NCBI RefSeq assembly: GCF_009914755.1
Contig: NC_060932.1
DNA length: 64,000 nucleotides
Direction: 5' to 3' (one strand)
From: the human T2T-CHM13v2.0 reference genome, Homo sapiens
Part shown: in pieces, positions 48,227-60,523 of the stretch
How positions within the stretch are numbered: the first letter of the stretch is position 1
Layout: each line of letters opens with the position of its first letter
Program-made: the position numbers and the translations under genes
Notes under the pieces: model-generated
Database searches by the model: none
Seen by the model: the letters and a program-made list of their open reading frames with translations, nothing else
Told to the model about the DNA's origin: nothing

Positions 48227-51220
48227 CTTCGTCTCCTGGGGGTTTTATGACCGCCTTTTTCAGGGGTGGACTGTTGGGCCACCTGAAACACACACAAACA
48301 CACACATGTCGATGGTTAAGCACGTTGGATATTCACACACCCACAGGAAGCCACCTGCTAACTCCCTGCCTGTGTGGTCATGAGGAGACCTCACCACCAG
48401 TCGGTCAAATCTGTAGAACACAATGTGCTGTGTGCATCCTCGGATACTGTGTGTTCCTCTGCCATGACTACCTAGTCCAAGAGTAAACCCCACCTGCCAC
48501 AGGGCCCGTGGCCTAGGTATGGGGGGTTGAGCTTTCAACCCCAAACAAACAACTGATTCTGGAGACTGGACTTAGGTCTCTCACGATTCACTCCGGTAGA
48601 AGACACGGTGATTCTATCTCCCTTGACGGACAGAATGATCGAAGACACAGGGCATGGCGTGTGCCACCCTTTGGCAGGTCTGCTTGAAGTCACGGATAAG
48701 GGATGCTTCCTGTGACAACTTGAATCGCTACTCTTGCCATTTCATTAGGCAACTTCCAAACACAAATTCATACAGAGAAGTTACCTTCCTCTCTACCGCA
48801 CTAGCAGGTGATGGTCTTTCCTGTTCTATCTTTTGGCTTTAGCTCCAGCACCTCTTTGTTTATTTTCCTGGTATTTTACGCATACCACACGAATTCATCT
48901 GAACAAACGGGGAAGAAGTGCCGTATCGTATCGACGTCTTACACGGCTGAAGGGCAAACCCCCCTTTTTTCCAAAGTCCTTTTTCCGTTTACCCACCAAT
49001 TCAGCATGCTGCAGTACATTTCTTTTCGCATTCCCATCTTGGTCTTCTCCCACACGTGGAGACGGGTATGTTTTCTCGTTTTCTGTTCCAAGAATTACTA
49101 GTAACGAGAACACATCCTACCCCACCAGCAAGCCCCAGTGTGATCGGTTTCTTTCGGCCTCCTTTGTCTCTTCCTCCCCCACACCCCCCGCAAATACCCC
49201 TCAGGGATTGCGTGAAACAAACAATTGTTCAGCGAAACTAACCTGAAATTACACGTCTACTTTCTTTCCCAGGCTGGCGCTGAGATGGGCAGGTGCTGCA
49301 GCAGCCCGGCTGGAAGCGATGCAGCATCCAGGACGACGGAGGAAGGGGCGGAGAGGGACCTCTGCTTTCCAGGCTGCCTTTTATACTGCCTCTGGTCACC
49401 TGACATGGAACGTACCCTAACCTAATCAGTTACCTGTACCTTAATTGCAATTAACTTAATCCAATTACATGACCTGGAAAGGTCTGTCTGCACAGCCCAC
49501 TCTAAGATCATGTCCACTGCTGACAGACATTCTAAAACCTACTTGTACAGCTGCAAGCTTTGAACAATAGATGTTCCCCGTCAGACATGTAACACTGGTG
49601 CCTGTACCCCTGTCTTCTTTTCCATCTTTTTTGTTGTTTTGTTTTGTTTTGTTTTGTTTTAAAAAATGTGGTAAAATAGACACCTTTTAATTGGACCACA
49701 TTTTGTCTATCTTGACGTAGGCCTCAGTGTCATCAAGGAGACTCTGCTTGACATGCAGTCACGGCCATGATCCATCTTCAGAGCTTCTCTTTCTTCCCCA
49801 AGGTAAGTCTGTCAGCAGAGAACCCTGACCGCACCCTCATGTGTTTTCTCCCCCAGGAGGCGCTTGGAAACCACCGTGAATTGGACCGCACTGGGAAACA
49901 CAGATGAGGAAAGTCAACAACGCTTTGTCCTTCAGTGCCTGGCTCCTTTTTCAGCTCGTCTTGCGACTCCAGGCATTATGCCTGAAAAGTCTCCCGGACG
50001 CCTGTGAGGCTGTAATTCCCTGGGTCCCATTGCCATGTCTCTGGATTTGCGAAGATCCACCGCACCTTCTGTGGAACTCCCGTGTCGGTGAACTTTTGTG
50101 CCACGGCCCCTAATTCTGCCCATGGTCATCCGCACCTGCACGACTTAGGGTCCATGTTCCTTGGACGGGAAGAGACAGGCAGGAGTCGGAATGATGAACC
50201 AGCACACTGGGGCGTTTTCTCATGTAGCCCAAGTGACCCCATGGTCTTCTCGAGCTTTGGAACCAGTCGCGTCCCCTTTGACACTGCACCCGGCTCCCAG
50301 TCTCTCAATCTTGTTGGCCCTCCGGCGATCTCCCGTTGGATGGATTGCTCCTGCTGAAACTCGAGTCCCCTTTGATTTGCGCTTCATTAATTATTCATGA
50401 TTCAGGTTGGAAGGCCTGCTGACGACCCCCTGTGGCCGTTCTCTGAGCTTTCCTGTCACATCGTTTCCTTCCACGCTCTTTGGTTCCTTATGGTCCTGCT
50501 CCTTCTGCTGTCAGAGGAGCAGAGAGTTGATCTTATTCATTCTGGATACGGATACTTTCTAGTTGATCTGGATAATCAAGATAACGACCCTCAACAGCGG
50601 CGGAAAGGGAGCAGCCAGTTGGTGTGTCTCAGAAAATCCCGCTGAGTTCCGAGGCCTCCTAGATGTGGAATCCTGCTGAGAGTTGTTCCCAGGTCAGAGA
50701 ATGGAGAGAGCCGGTGCATGATGGGATATCCCCGCCTAGATCTTTCAGTGAGTCTCTGCCTCAGCTACTCTTAGGATCAGGGGGAGAACCATGGTGTCAG
50801 ACATCCGGAAAGAAGACGGGATGAATGTTTTACCTCTGAAGTACATCCCAAATGTGGGAGTTAACTTCAGCTTTGCTGGGGTCTATTTGGCCAGTGAAAC
50901 TCTGCCTGGTTCCTTCGCACATCCGGAAGCCACTTCACGGGGGGCCGTCGCAACTGGAACCACACACTTGGCATCGGCGGTTGAGCCAAATGGGGACTCG
51001 TGGTGCAAGCAACGCTCCCCACGTGTTAGCGTGCGTGAGATTCGGTTGGCGGAATTTTACTAGGTGCGTGTTGGTAGAGTGGGGCTGAGGTTTTCTTGCT
51101 CCTGTGGATGTATAGGAAGTCAAAGGTCCTGCCCAGCCCTGCGGTCCCCTCAGTCAACTCCGTTTCGGAGACGTAACGATTTGGATTGCCAACAAGTCAA
51201 GAAATGTTCAAGCCCTTGGA

Positions 51221-52255
51221 TGTAGGGTAAAGAAAGAGAGATCAGACTGTCACTGTGTCAATGTAGAAGGGGAAGACATAAGAGACTCCATTTTGAAAAA
51301 GACCTGTACTTTAAACAATTGCTTTACTGAGATGTTGATCATTTGTAGCTTTGCCGCAGCCCCTTCCTTTGACCCAACTTAGAGCTCACAAAAACCTGTG
51401 TTGTATAAAATCGAGGTTTAAGGGATCTAGGGCTGTGCAGGACGCGCCTTGTTAACCAAATGTTTACGAGCAGTATACTTGGTAGAAGTCATTGCCATTC
51501 TCTAGCCTCAATAAACCAGGGGCGCAATGCACCGTGGAAAGCCACAGGGACCTCTGCCCTTGAAAGCAGGGTATTGTCCAAGGTTTCTCCCCATGTGACA
51601 GTCTGAAATATGGCCTCGTGGGATGGGAAAGTCCTGAATGTCCCCCAGCCTGACACCCGCAATGGGTCTGTGCTGAGGTGGATTAGTCAAAGAGGAACGC
51701 CTCTTGCAGTTCAGATGGAGGAAGGCCACTGTCTCCTGCTTGCCCCTGGGAACTGAATGTCTCGGTGTAAAGCCCGATCGTTCATTTGTTCAACTCTGAG
51801 CTCGGAGAAAAGCTGCCCTGTGGCGGGAGGCGAGACATGTTGGCAGTAATGCTGCCTTGTTATTCTTTACTCCGCTGAGATATTTGTGTGGAGAGAAACA
51901 TAAATCTGGCCTACGTGCACGTCCAGGCATAGTACCTTCCCTTGAACTTAATAATGATATGGATTCTTTTGCTCACGTGTTTTTTTTTGTTGTTGTTGTT
52001 GTTGACCTTCCCCTTATTATCACCCTGCTCCCCTACTGCATTCCTTTGTGCTGAAATAATGAAAATCATAATCAATAAAAACTGAGGGAACTCAGAGGCC
52101 GGTGCCGGTGCAGGTCCTAGGTGTGCTGAGTGCCGGTCCCCTGGACCCACTGTTGTCTCCCTATACTTTGTCTCTGTGTCTTATTTCTTTTCTCCGTCTC
52201 TCATCCCACCCGACTAGAAACACCCACAGGTGTGGAGGGGCAGGCCACCCCTTCA
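51221..52255 (+). mobile_element. Solo LTR5A, unit 6
   Basis: Same termini and TSD; haplotype B with a longer T/TTG tract. Confidence 0.95.
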
Positions 52256-52869
52256 CTTGGAAAATCAGTTACACACAAACACGGAATGAGAGTCAAAAGA
52301 CAATATGTCATCTTTTTGAGAATTTTATTCACTTCAAAACACATTAAACACACATATGTACAAAGGCATTCCAGAGCCCAGTTTTCGAGGCTGAGGAAAG
52401 ACCCCGAGAGCGCTTCGCACAGCACGCTTCCCAGCGTCCGAAACTCTGCTCTCAGGGCGGGGCACAGCGGAAGGGCTGCACCTCTCAGGGTTCCCTAACT
52501 TTTCCCTTATTCAGTCATCTAGAGAGCAAATACACAGTAATTCCCCAGTTTCCTATTGACGTCCCAGCGGAAGTCTGACTCCTGCGCGTCACGCAGTTTC
52601 TGAGGCAACGAATCTCTGGCACGGAAGCTTTTCCTGGCGCGTTTCCGGAGAACCACGCCAACTACAACGTCCCTCACCAGAATTCAATGAGGCAGAGTCC
52701 CTACATCTGCTCCCTGCCTGGCCTGGGCTCCCACATCCACAGAAGCGCCACAGCCGGGGAGCTTCGGAGTCACCGCACAGAGTGTGCTCTCTGCTCTGCG
52801 CTCCTCAGTCCCACAGTCCCCTCCAAGTCACGGGAGCTGGAGGCCAAGGAGCCCCTGCCACCTGCAGTC

Positions 52870-55800
52870 TCACTCCAGGTCAGAATCGCTGTCCTCTGAG
52901 GAGGAGGAAACCTGAAGGTCCTCATAGAGGACGCTCGGTGGGACACGAACACAGGGAGCCTCAGACTTCTCTGACACATGAGGGCTCTGAGCGAGGAAGG
53001 CTCCCGGCTTCTCAGGAGAGTGAAATGAGGGGGCCGCCAGGAGGCTGGAGCTCCAGCGTCCGTTTTCCAGTCTCCGGAAGAGCACTCTGAGAGGCTGGGC
53101 CCCATCATGGCTGGCCGCTGAGTGATGGGACATGGTGCAGGCCTGGGCAGTAGGCAGGCAAGGTGTGCTGTGCGGAGGCTGCCGGTCGACGCTGGGCACC
53201 TGGGCCGGTGTCCTCCTGCCCATCTGGGGCGACGTACTTGTTCCAAGTTCGGTTGCGGCTGGCGGAGGTTGGAGATTCTCCAGGGCCCCCAGCTCACCTC
53301 CCTGGATGGCGCTTTCGGGGATCTGGAAGGGACCCAGTCTCGGTTTCTTGGGGAAGTTCAGGCAAGCCTGAATCGGAGCCTGGGCAGGTCTCTTGGCTCC
53401 TGGCCCGAAGCTGAGATTGGAGCCTAGGCCCAAGCTGTGTGTGGCGGCTGGCGGGCAGGGCTGTGAGGTCACCGCAGGACGTTTGTCTTGTGCCTGGGGT
53501 CTGGCGGCCTGGAGCAGGCCGTGGGTTTTGGAGGCAGCCTGGGGAACTTCTCGGCAGCCACCCTCAGGGCTGCTGTGTGTCGGCTTCACCACGAGGAGAG
53601 GCTCGCGGCCCTGGTGCCTGACTGCAGGCTGAGGCATGTCGGCCGCAGCCCCTGTCTGTCTTTCCTTTGGTCCAAGACTTGAGGAGGAGCTCAGGCTGGC
53701 TTTTCTGAGGGGAGACAGTGAAGCCAAGACGGAGCCCCTGCCAGACATTTCGGCAGCTGAGCGATCAGCGAGGACAGGGTCCACGCGCGGCCTCTTACTG
53801 GTTGTGTGGACCGGCATTGGCCCGCTTGCAACCTGAAAGAGAGGAAACAACACAGGTTAGAAGTTCCTCAGCATGGAGCCAACGTGAAAATCAAGCACAT
53901 CCAAAGACAAGGTGCACACGCCATGAAATTCTTAGTACAGTATCGACAGGCGGTCCTTGGAAGTAGGGACAGACCCTCCACCTGAGTGCTGATCAGGACA
54001 AGACACATGAAAGATGCGCTCTCGAGCTATGTGTAGCTGATCTAAGCACACCATTGTTCAAAAGATCGCGTCTTGGGCATTAACTGGATCAAAGCGCCTC
54101 CACTCAGCCTTCCATGAAGTGGAACGGACTAATGCCCTTCCCGAGGCAGGTTGCTGGCTCAAGGGTACTCGGGACGTCTTCTCTGAACACATGCATGTTC
54201 CTGGGTTTCGCCTTCTCCACGTTTGGGGCCTCTGAGGGACTAATTTCCTCATGCCGCTAGGAACGTGTTGTTGGCAGGCTTGCCATAATTGGACAGAAAG
54301 AAAGCCACAGGAAATACGGCATCTTCAGATGCCTTCGCCTGGAATCCAATTGACCTGGAAGGATCGTGGAGTCCCTGACCCCAAGAAGGCAAGAAAGAGG
54401 GGTTCCCCGATTTCCTCCCGCAGACGGGAAGCTGAAAGGAAATCAACCAGGGTGACCTAGAGGAGAAAAGGACCAGGGGCCCGGGGTGACACTCACCCTC
54501 AGATGATCAGAAGATTCCGTGGATCCTTTTCCATTCGGCAGCGGCTTCTCTGGAGGTTTCCCGGAAAACATGTGGAGGAGAGCCTTCCTCTGCGGGTCTT
54601 GTTGCCTGCAGAACAGAAGAAGGTCAGGCCGTGCCCCCTGGTTTTCCCCAGGAGACAGGGAGAACCCCGTCTGGGGCCCAGCCCCATTCCGTGTTTTGTG
54701 ATACAGAAATGGACATCTGGTGCCCTTTCCGCCTCTGCACCTTCCCTCACGTGCCAACCTTCCCATCCTCCAGGTGGCCCTCTAGGCTTCCCAACTAAGG
54801 ACTGTGATTTGGATTCCATCGCTTTTCCCCCTGTCGTGGGGAACCTGCACGAAGCGCCCCCGCCTCTCCCCGTCCCTGAATCTCCCAGAGCCCAAGGAGC
54901 TCCTGGGTGTGGAACCCCGGAGGACACGGAGCTCCGGCCTATTTCTCTGCAGCGCTCCTTCCCTGGCCCGGAGACGGAAAGGCACACGGTGTGCAGGTGC
55001 AGAGACACCATGTCCTTAGGAGGCAGTACCCTAAGAGTGGTGAAAACCCCTCCCACTGCTCACCTTGGTCTCTCTTCCTTCTCTCCCTTATCCTTGTTCA
55101 AGGGCCCCGGGTTGGCTTCACCCCGGGGCTTCCATGGTTTCAGGTTTTCCTTCCCTTCCTTTTTCCCCAAGGTCGCTGGAACCAGGGCTGCCTTCCAGCA
55201 CTTCATGGGGCACCTGGTACTTCTGGCCGTGTGGCCAAAGGCCCCGCAGTTTTTGCACTTGAGCTGTGGGTGGAAAGGAAGTGATGTCAGTGAGTGAGCT
55301 GAAGCCACAGGCAGCGATCCCACGTCAACATTGGGACGGATTGTGAATTCAGAGCTGAATAAGGATTCCAAAGAGGGGACACCGGCATGGGGGCCGTTAA
55401 GTGCTGGGAGAGTTCGGGTACGATGTTCCCTCGCAAAGCCCACGGGACGGAGGAACTCTGAAAGGAAGGACTCAAGGTTCCAAGGGGCACGATGGTGAAG
55501 CCGATGTCAACAACGCAGCCAAACGTGGCTACACAGGACTCTAAGTAGAAAGGGAGGTTGCCCCCAAGAGTCTCTCAAGGGACCTATCGGGCCGGGGAGA
55601 AGGTCCCAAGCCACGCCCACCTTGGATGGGAAAAGCAACCTGGCTGGTGGTGACAGAACTCTTTGGAATCCAACCCAGTCTCTGAGGACCGTGTGACAGC
55701 CCCTCCCCCCGTCCCCACCCCCACCCCGATACCCAAGAGATCCAGGGCTAGACTTACCCTGGGATCTTCTTCATCGGGCGGGGGAGCCCTTGGCCCAACT

Positions 55801-55880
55801 GGGGCCCTCCGCTGCTTCTGGAGGGTCTGGGCTCTCACCAGTCTCTTGGCCCAAGATTTGGGGTCCCGACGTGCCATCAT
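52870..55880 (-). CDS. FAM90A: FAM90A copy 6, 464 aa. Exons 55880-55758, 55263-55064, 54605-54497, 53832-52870
   Basis: Intact frame; GT-AG introns. Confidence 0.94.
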
Positions 55881-58874
55881 CTTCGTCTCCTGGGGGTTTT
55901 ATGACCGCCTTTTTCAGGGGTGGACTGTTGGGCCACCTGAAACACACAGAAACACACACATGTCGATGGTTAAGCACGTTGGATATTCACACACCCACAG
56001 GAAGCCACCTGCTAACTCCCTGCCTGTGTGGTCATGAGGAGACCTCACCACCAGTCGGTCAAATCTGTAGAACACAATGTGCTGTGTGCATCCTCGGATA
56101 CTGTGTGTTCCTCTGCCATGACTACCTAGTCCAAGAGTAAACCCCACCTGCCACAGGGCCCGTGGCCTAGGTATGGGGGGTTGAGCTTTCAACCCCAAAC
56201 AAACAACTGATTCTGGAGACTGGACTTAGGTCTCTCACGATTCACTCCGGTAGAAGACACGGTGATTCTATCTCCCTTGACGGACAGAATGATCGAAGAC
56301 ACAGGGCATGGCGTGTGCCACCCTTTGGCAGGTCTGCTTGAAGTCACGGATAAGGGATGCTTCCTGTGACAACTTGAATCGCTACTCTTGCCATTTCATT
56401 AGGCAACTTCCAAACACAAATTCATACAGAGAAGTTACCTTCCTCTCTACCGCACTAGCAGGTGATGGTCTTTCCTGTTCTATCTTTTGGCTTTAGCTCC
56501 AGCACCTCTTTGTTTATTTTCCTGGTATTTTACGCATACCACACGAATTCATCTGAACAAACGGGGAAGAAGTGCCGTATCGTATCGACGTCTTACACGG
56601 CTGAAGGGCAAACCCCCCTTTTTTCCAAAGTCCTTTTTCCGTTTACCCACCAATTCAGCATGCTGCAGTACATTTCTTTTCGCATTCCCATCTTGGTCTT
56701 CTCCCACACGTGGAGACGGGTATGTTTTCTCGTTTTCTGTTCCAAGAATTACTAGTAACGAGAACACATCCTACCCCACCAGCAAGCCCCAGTGTGATCG
56801 GTTTCTTTCGGCCTCCTTTGTCTCTTCCTCCCCCACACCCCCCGCAAAAACCCCTCAGGGATTGCGTGAAACAAACAATTGTTCAGCGAAACTAACCTGA
56901 AATTACACGTCTACTTTCTTTCCCAGGCTGGCGCTGAGATGGGCAGGTGCTGCAGCAGCCCGGCTGGAAGCGATGCAGCATCCAGGACGACGGAGGAAGG
57001 GGCGGAGAGGGACCTCTGCTTTCCAGGCTGCCTTTTATACTGCCTCTGGTCACCTGACATGGAACGTACCCTAACCTAATCAGTTACCTGTACCTTAATT
57101 GCAATTAACTTAATCCAATTACATGACCTGGAAAGGTCTGTCTGCACAGCCCACTCTAAGATCATGTCCACTGCTGACAGACATTCTAAAACCTACTTGT
57201 ACAGCTGCAAGCTTTGAACAATAGATGTTCCCCGTCAGACATGTAACACTGGTGCCTGTACCCCTGTCTTCTTTTCCATCTTTTTTGTTGTTTTGTTTTG
57301 TTTTGTTTTGTTTTAAAAAATGTGGTAAAATAGACACCTTTTAATTGGACCACATTTTGTCTATCTCGACGTAGGCCTCAGTGTCATCAAGGAGACTCTG
57401 CTTGACATGCAGTCACGGCCATGATCCATCTTCAGAGCTTCTCTTTCTTCCCCAAGGTAAGTCTGTCAGCAGAGAACCCTGACCGCACCCTCATGTGTTT
57501 TCTCCCCCAGGAGGCGCTTGGAAACCACCGTGAATTGGACCGCACTGGGAAACACAGATGAGGAAAGTCAACAACGCTTTGTCCTTCAGTGCCTGGCTCC
57601 TTTTTCAGCTCGTCTTGCGACTCCAGGCATTATGCCTGAAAAGTCTCCCGGACGCCTGTGAGGCTGTAATTCCCTGGGTCCCATTGCCATGTCTCTGGAT
57701 TTGCGAAGATCCACCGCACCTTCTGTGGAACTCCCGTGTCGGTGAACTTTTGTGCCACGGCCCCTAATTCTGCCCATGGTCATCCGCACCTGCACGACTT
57801 AGGGTCCATGTTCCTTGGACGGGAAGAGACAGGCAGGAGTCGGAATGATGAACCAGCACACTGGGGCGTTTTCTCATGTAGCCCAAGTGACCCCATGGTC
57901 TTCTCGAGCTTTGGAACCAGTCGCGTCCCCTTTGACACTGCACCCGGCTCCCAGTCTCTCAATCTTGTTGGCCCTCCGGCGATCTCCCGTTGGATGGATT
58001 GCTCCTGCTGAAACTCGAGTCCCCTTTGATTTGCGCTTCATTAATTATTCATGATTCAGGTTGGAAGGCCTGCTGACGACCCCCTGTGGCCGTTCTCTGA
58101 GCTTTCCTGTCACATCGTTTCCTTCCACGCTCTTTGGTTCCTTATGGTCCTGCTCCTTCTGCTGTCAGAGGAGCAGAGAGTTGATCTTATTCATTCTGGA
58201 TACGGATACTTTCTAGTTGATCTGGATAATCAAGATAACGACCCTCAACAGCGGCGGAAAGGGAGCAGCCAGTTGGTGTGTCTCAGAAAATCCCGCTGAG
58301 TTCCGAGGCCTCCTAGATGTGGAATCCTGCTGAGAGTTGTTCCCAGGTCAGAGAATGGAGAGAGCCTGTGCATGATGGGATATCCCCGCCTAGATCTTTC
58401 AGTGAGTCTCTGCCTCAGCTACTCTTAGGATCAGGGGGAGAACCATGGTGTCAGACATCCGGAAAGAAGACGGGATGAATGTTTTACCTCTGAAGTACAT
58501 CCCAAATGTGGGAGTTAACTTCAGCTTTGCTGGGGTCTATTTGGCCAGTGAAACTCTGCCTGGTTCCTTCGCACATCCGGAAGCCACTTCACGGGGGGCC
58601 GTCGCAACTGGAACCACACACTTGGCATCGGCGGTTGAGCCAAATGGAGACTCGTGGTGCAAGCAACGCTCCCCACGTGTTAGCGTGCGTGAGATTCGGT
58701 TGGCGGAATTTTACTAGGTGCGTGTTGGTAGAGTGGGGCTGAGGTTTTCTTGCTCCTGTGGATGTATAGGAAGTCAAAGGTCCTGCCCAGCCCTGCGGTC
58801 CCCTCAGTCAACTCTGTTTCGGAGACGTAACGATTTGGATTGCCAACAAGACAAGATATGTTCAAGCCCTTGGA

Positions 58875-59909
58875 TGTAGGGTAAAGAAAGAGAGATCAGA
58901 CTGCCACTGTGTCTATGTAGAAGGGGAAGACACAAGAGACTCCATTTTGAAAAAGACCTGTAGTTTAAACCATTGCTTTGCTGAGATGTTGATCATTTGT
59001 AGCTTTGCCGCAGCCCCTTCCTTTGACCCAACTTGGAGCTCACCAAAACCTGTGCTGTATAAAATCGAGGTTTAAGGGATCTAGGGCTGTGCAGGACGCG
59101 CCTTGTTAACCAAATGTTTACGAGCAGTATACTTGGTAGAAGTCATTGCCATTCTCTAGTCTCAATAAACCACGGGTGCAATGCACCGTGGAAAGCCACA
59201 GGGACCTCTGCCCTTGAAAGCAGGGTATTGTCCAAGGTTTCTCCCCATGTGTCAGTCTGAAATATGGCCTCGTGGGATGGGAAAGACCTGACTGTCCCCC
59301 AGCCTGACACCCGCAATGGGTCTGTGCTGAGGTGGATTAGTCAAAGAGGAAAGCCTCTTGCAGTTCAGATGGAGGAAGGCCACTGTCTCCTGCTTGCCCC
59401 TGGGAACTGAATGTCTCGGTGTAAAGCCCGATCGTTCATTTGTTCAACTCTGAGCTCGGAGAAAAGCTGCCCTGTGGCGGGAGGCGAGACATGTTGGCAG
59501 TAATGCTGCCTTGTTATTCTTTACTCCGCTGAGATATTTGTGTGGAGAGAAACATAAATCTGGCCTACGTGCACGTCCAGGCATAGTACCTTCCCTTGAA
59601 CTTAATAATGATATGGATTCTTTTGCTCACGTGTTTTTTTTTGTTGTTGTTGTTGTTGACCTTCCCCTTATTATCACCCTGCTCCCCTACTGCATTCCTT
59701 TGTGCTGAAATAATGAAAATCATAATCAATAAAAACTGAGGGAACTCAGAGGCCGGTGCCGGTGCAGGTCCTAGGTGTGCTGAGTGCCGGTCCCCTGGAC
59801 CCACTGTTGTCTCCCTATACTTTGTCTCTGTGTCTTATTTCTTTTCTCCGTCTCTCATCCCACCCGACTAGAAACACCCACAGGTGTGGAGGGGCAGGCC
59901 ACCCCTTCA
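58875..59909 (+). mobile_element. Solo LTR5A, unit 7 (A/B recombinant)
   Basis: Same termini and TSD; 5' part like unit 5, 3' part like unit 6. Confidence 0.95.
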
Positions 59910-60523
59910 CTTGGAAAATCAGTTACACACAAACACGGAATGAGAGTCAAAAGACAATATGTCATCTTTTTGAGAATTTTATTCACTTCAAAACACATTA
60001 AACACACATATGTACAAAGGCATTCCAGAGCCCAGTTTTCGAGGCTGAGGAAAGACCCCGAGAGCGCTTCGCACAGCACGCTTCCCAGCGTCCGAAACTC
60101 TGCTCTCAGGGCGGGGCACAGCGGAAGGGCTGCACCTCTCAGGGTTCCCTAACTTTTCCCTTATTCAGTCATCTAGAGAGCAAATACACAGTAATTCCCC
60201 AGTTTCCTATTGACGTCCCAGCGGAAGTCTGACTCCTGCGCGTCACGCAGTTTCTGAGGCAACGAATCTCTGGCACGGAAGCTTTTCCTGGCGCGTTTCC
60301 GGAGAACCACGCGAACTACAACGTCCCTCACCAGAATTCAATGAGGCAGAGTCCCTGCATCTGCTCCCTGCCTGGCCTGGGCTCCCACATCCACAGAAGC
60401 GCCACAGCTGGGGAGCTTCGGAGTCACCGCACAGAGTGTGCTCTCTGCTCTGCGCTCCTCAGTCCCACAGTCCCCTCCAAGTCACGGGAGCTGGAGGCCA
60501 AGGAGCCCCTGCCACCTGCAGTC

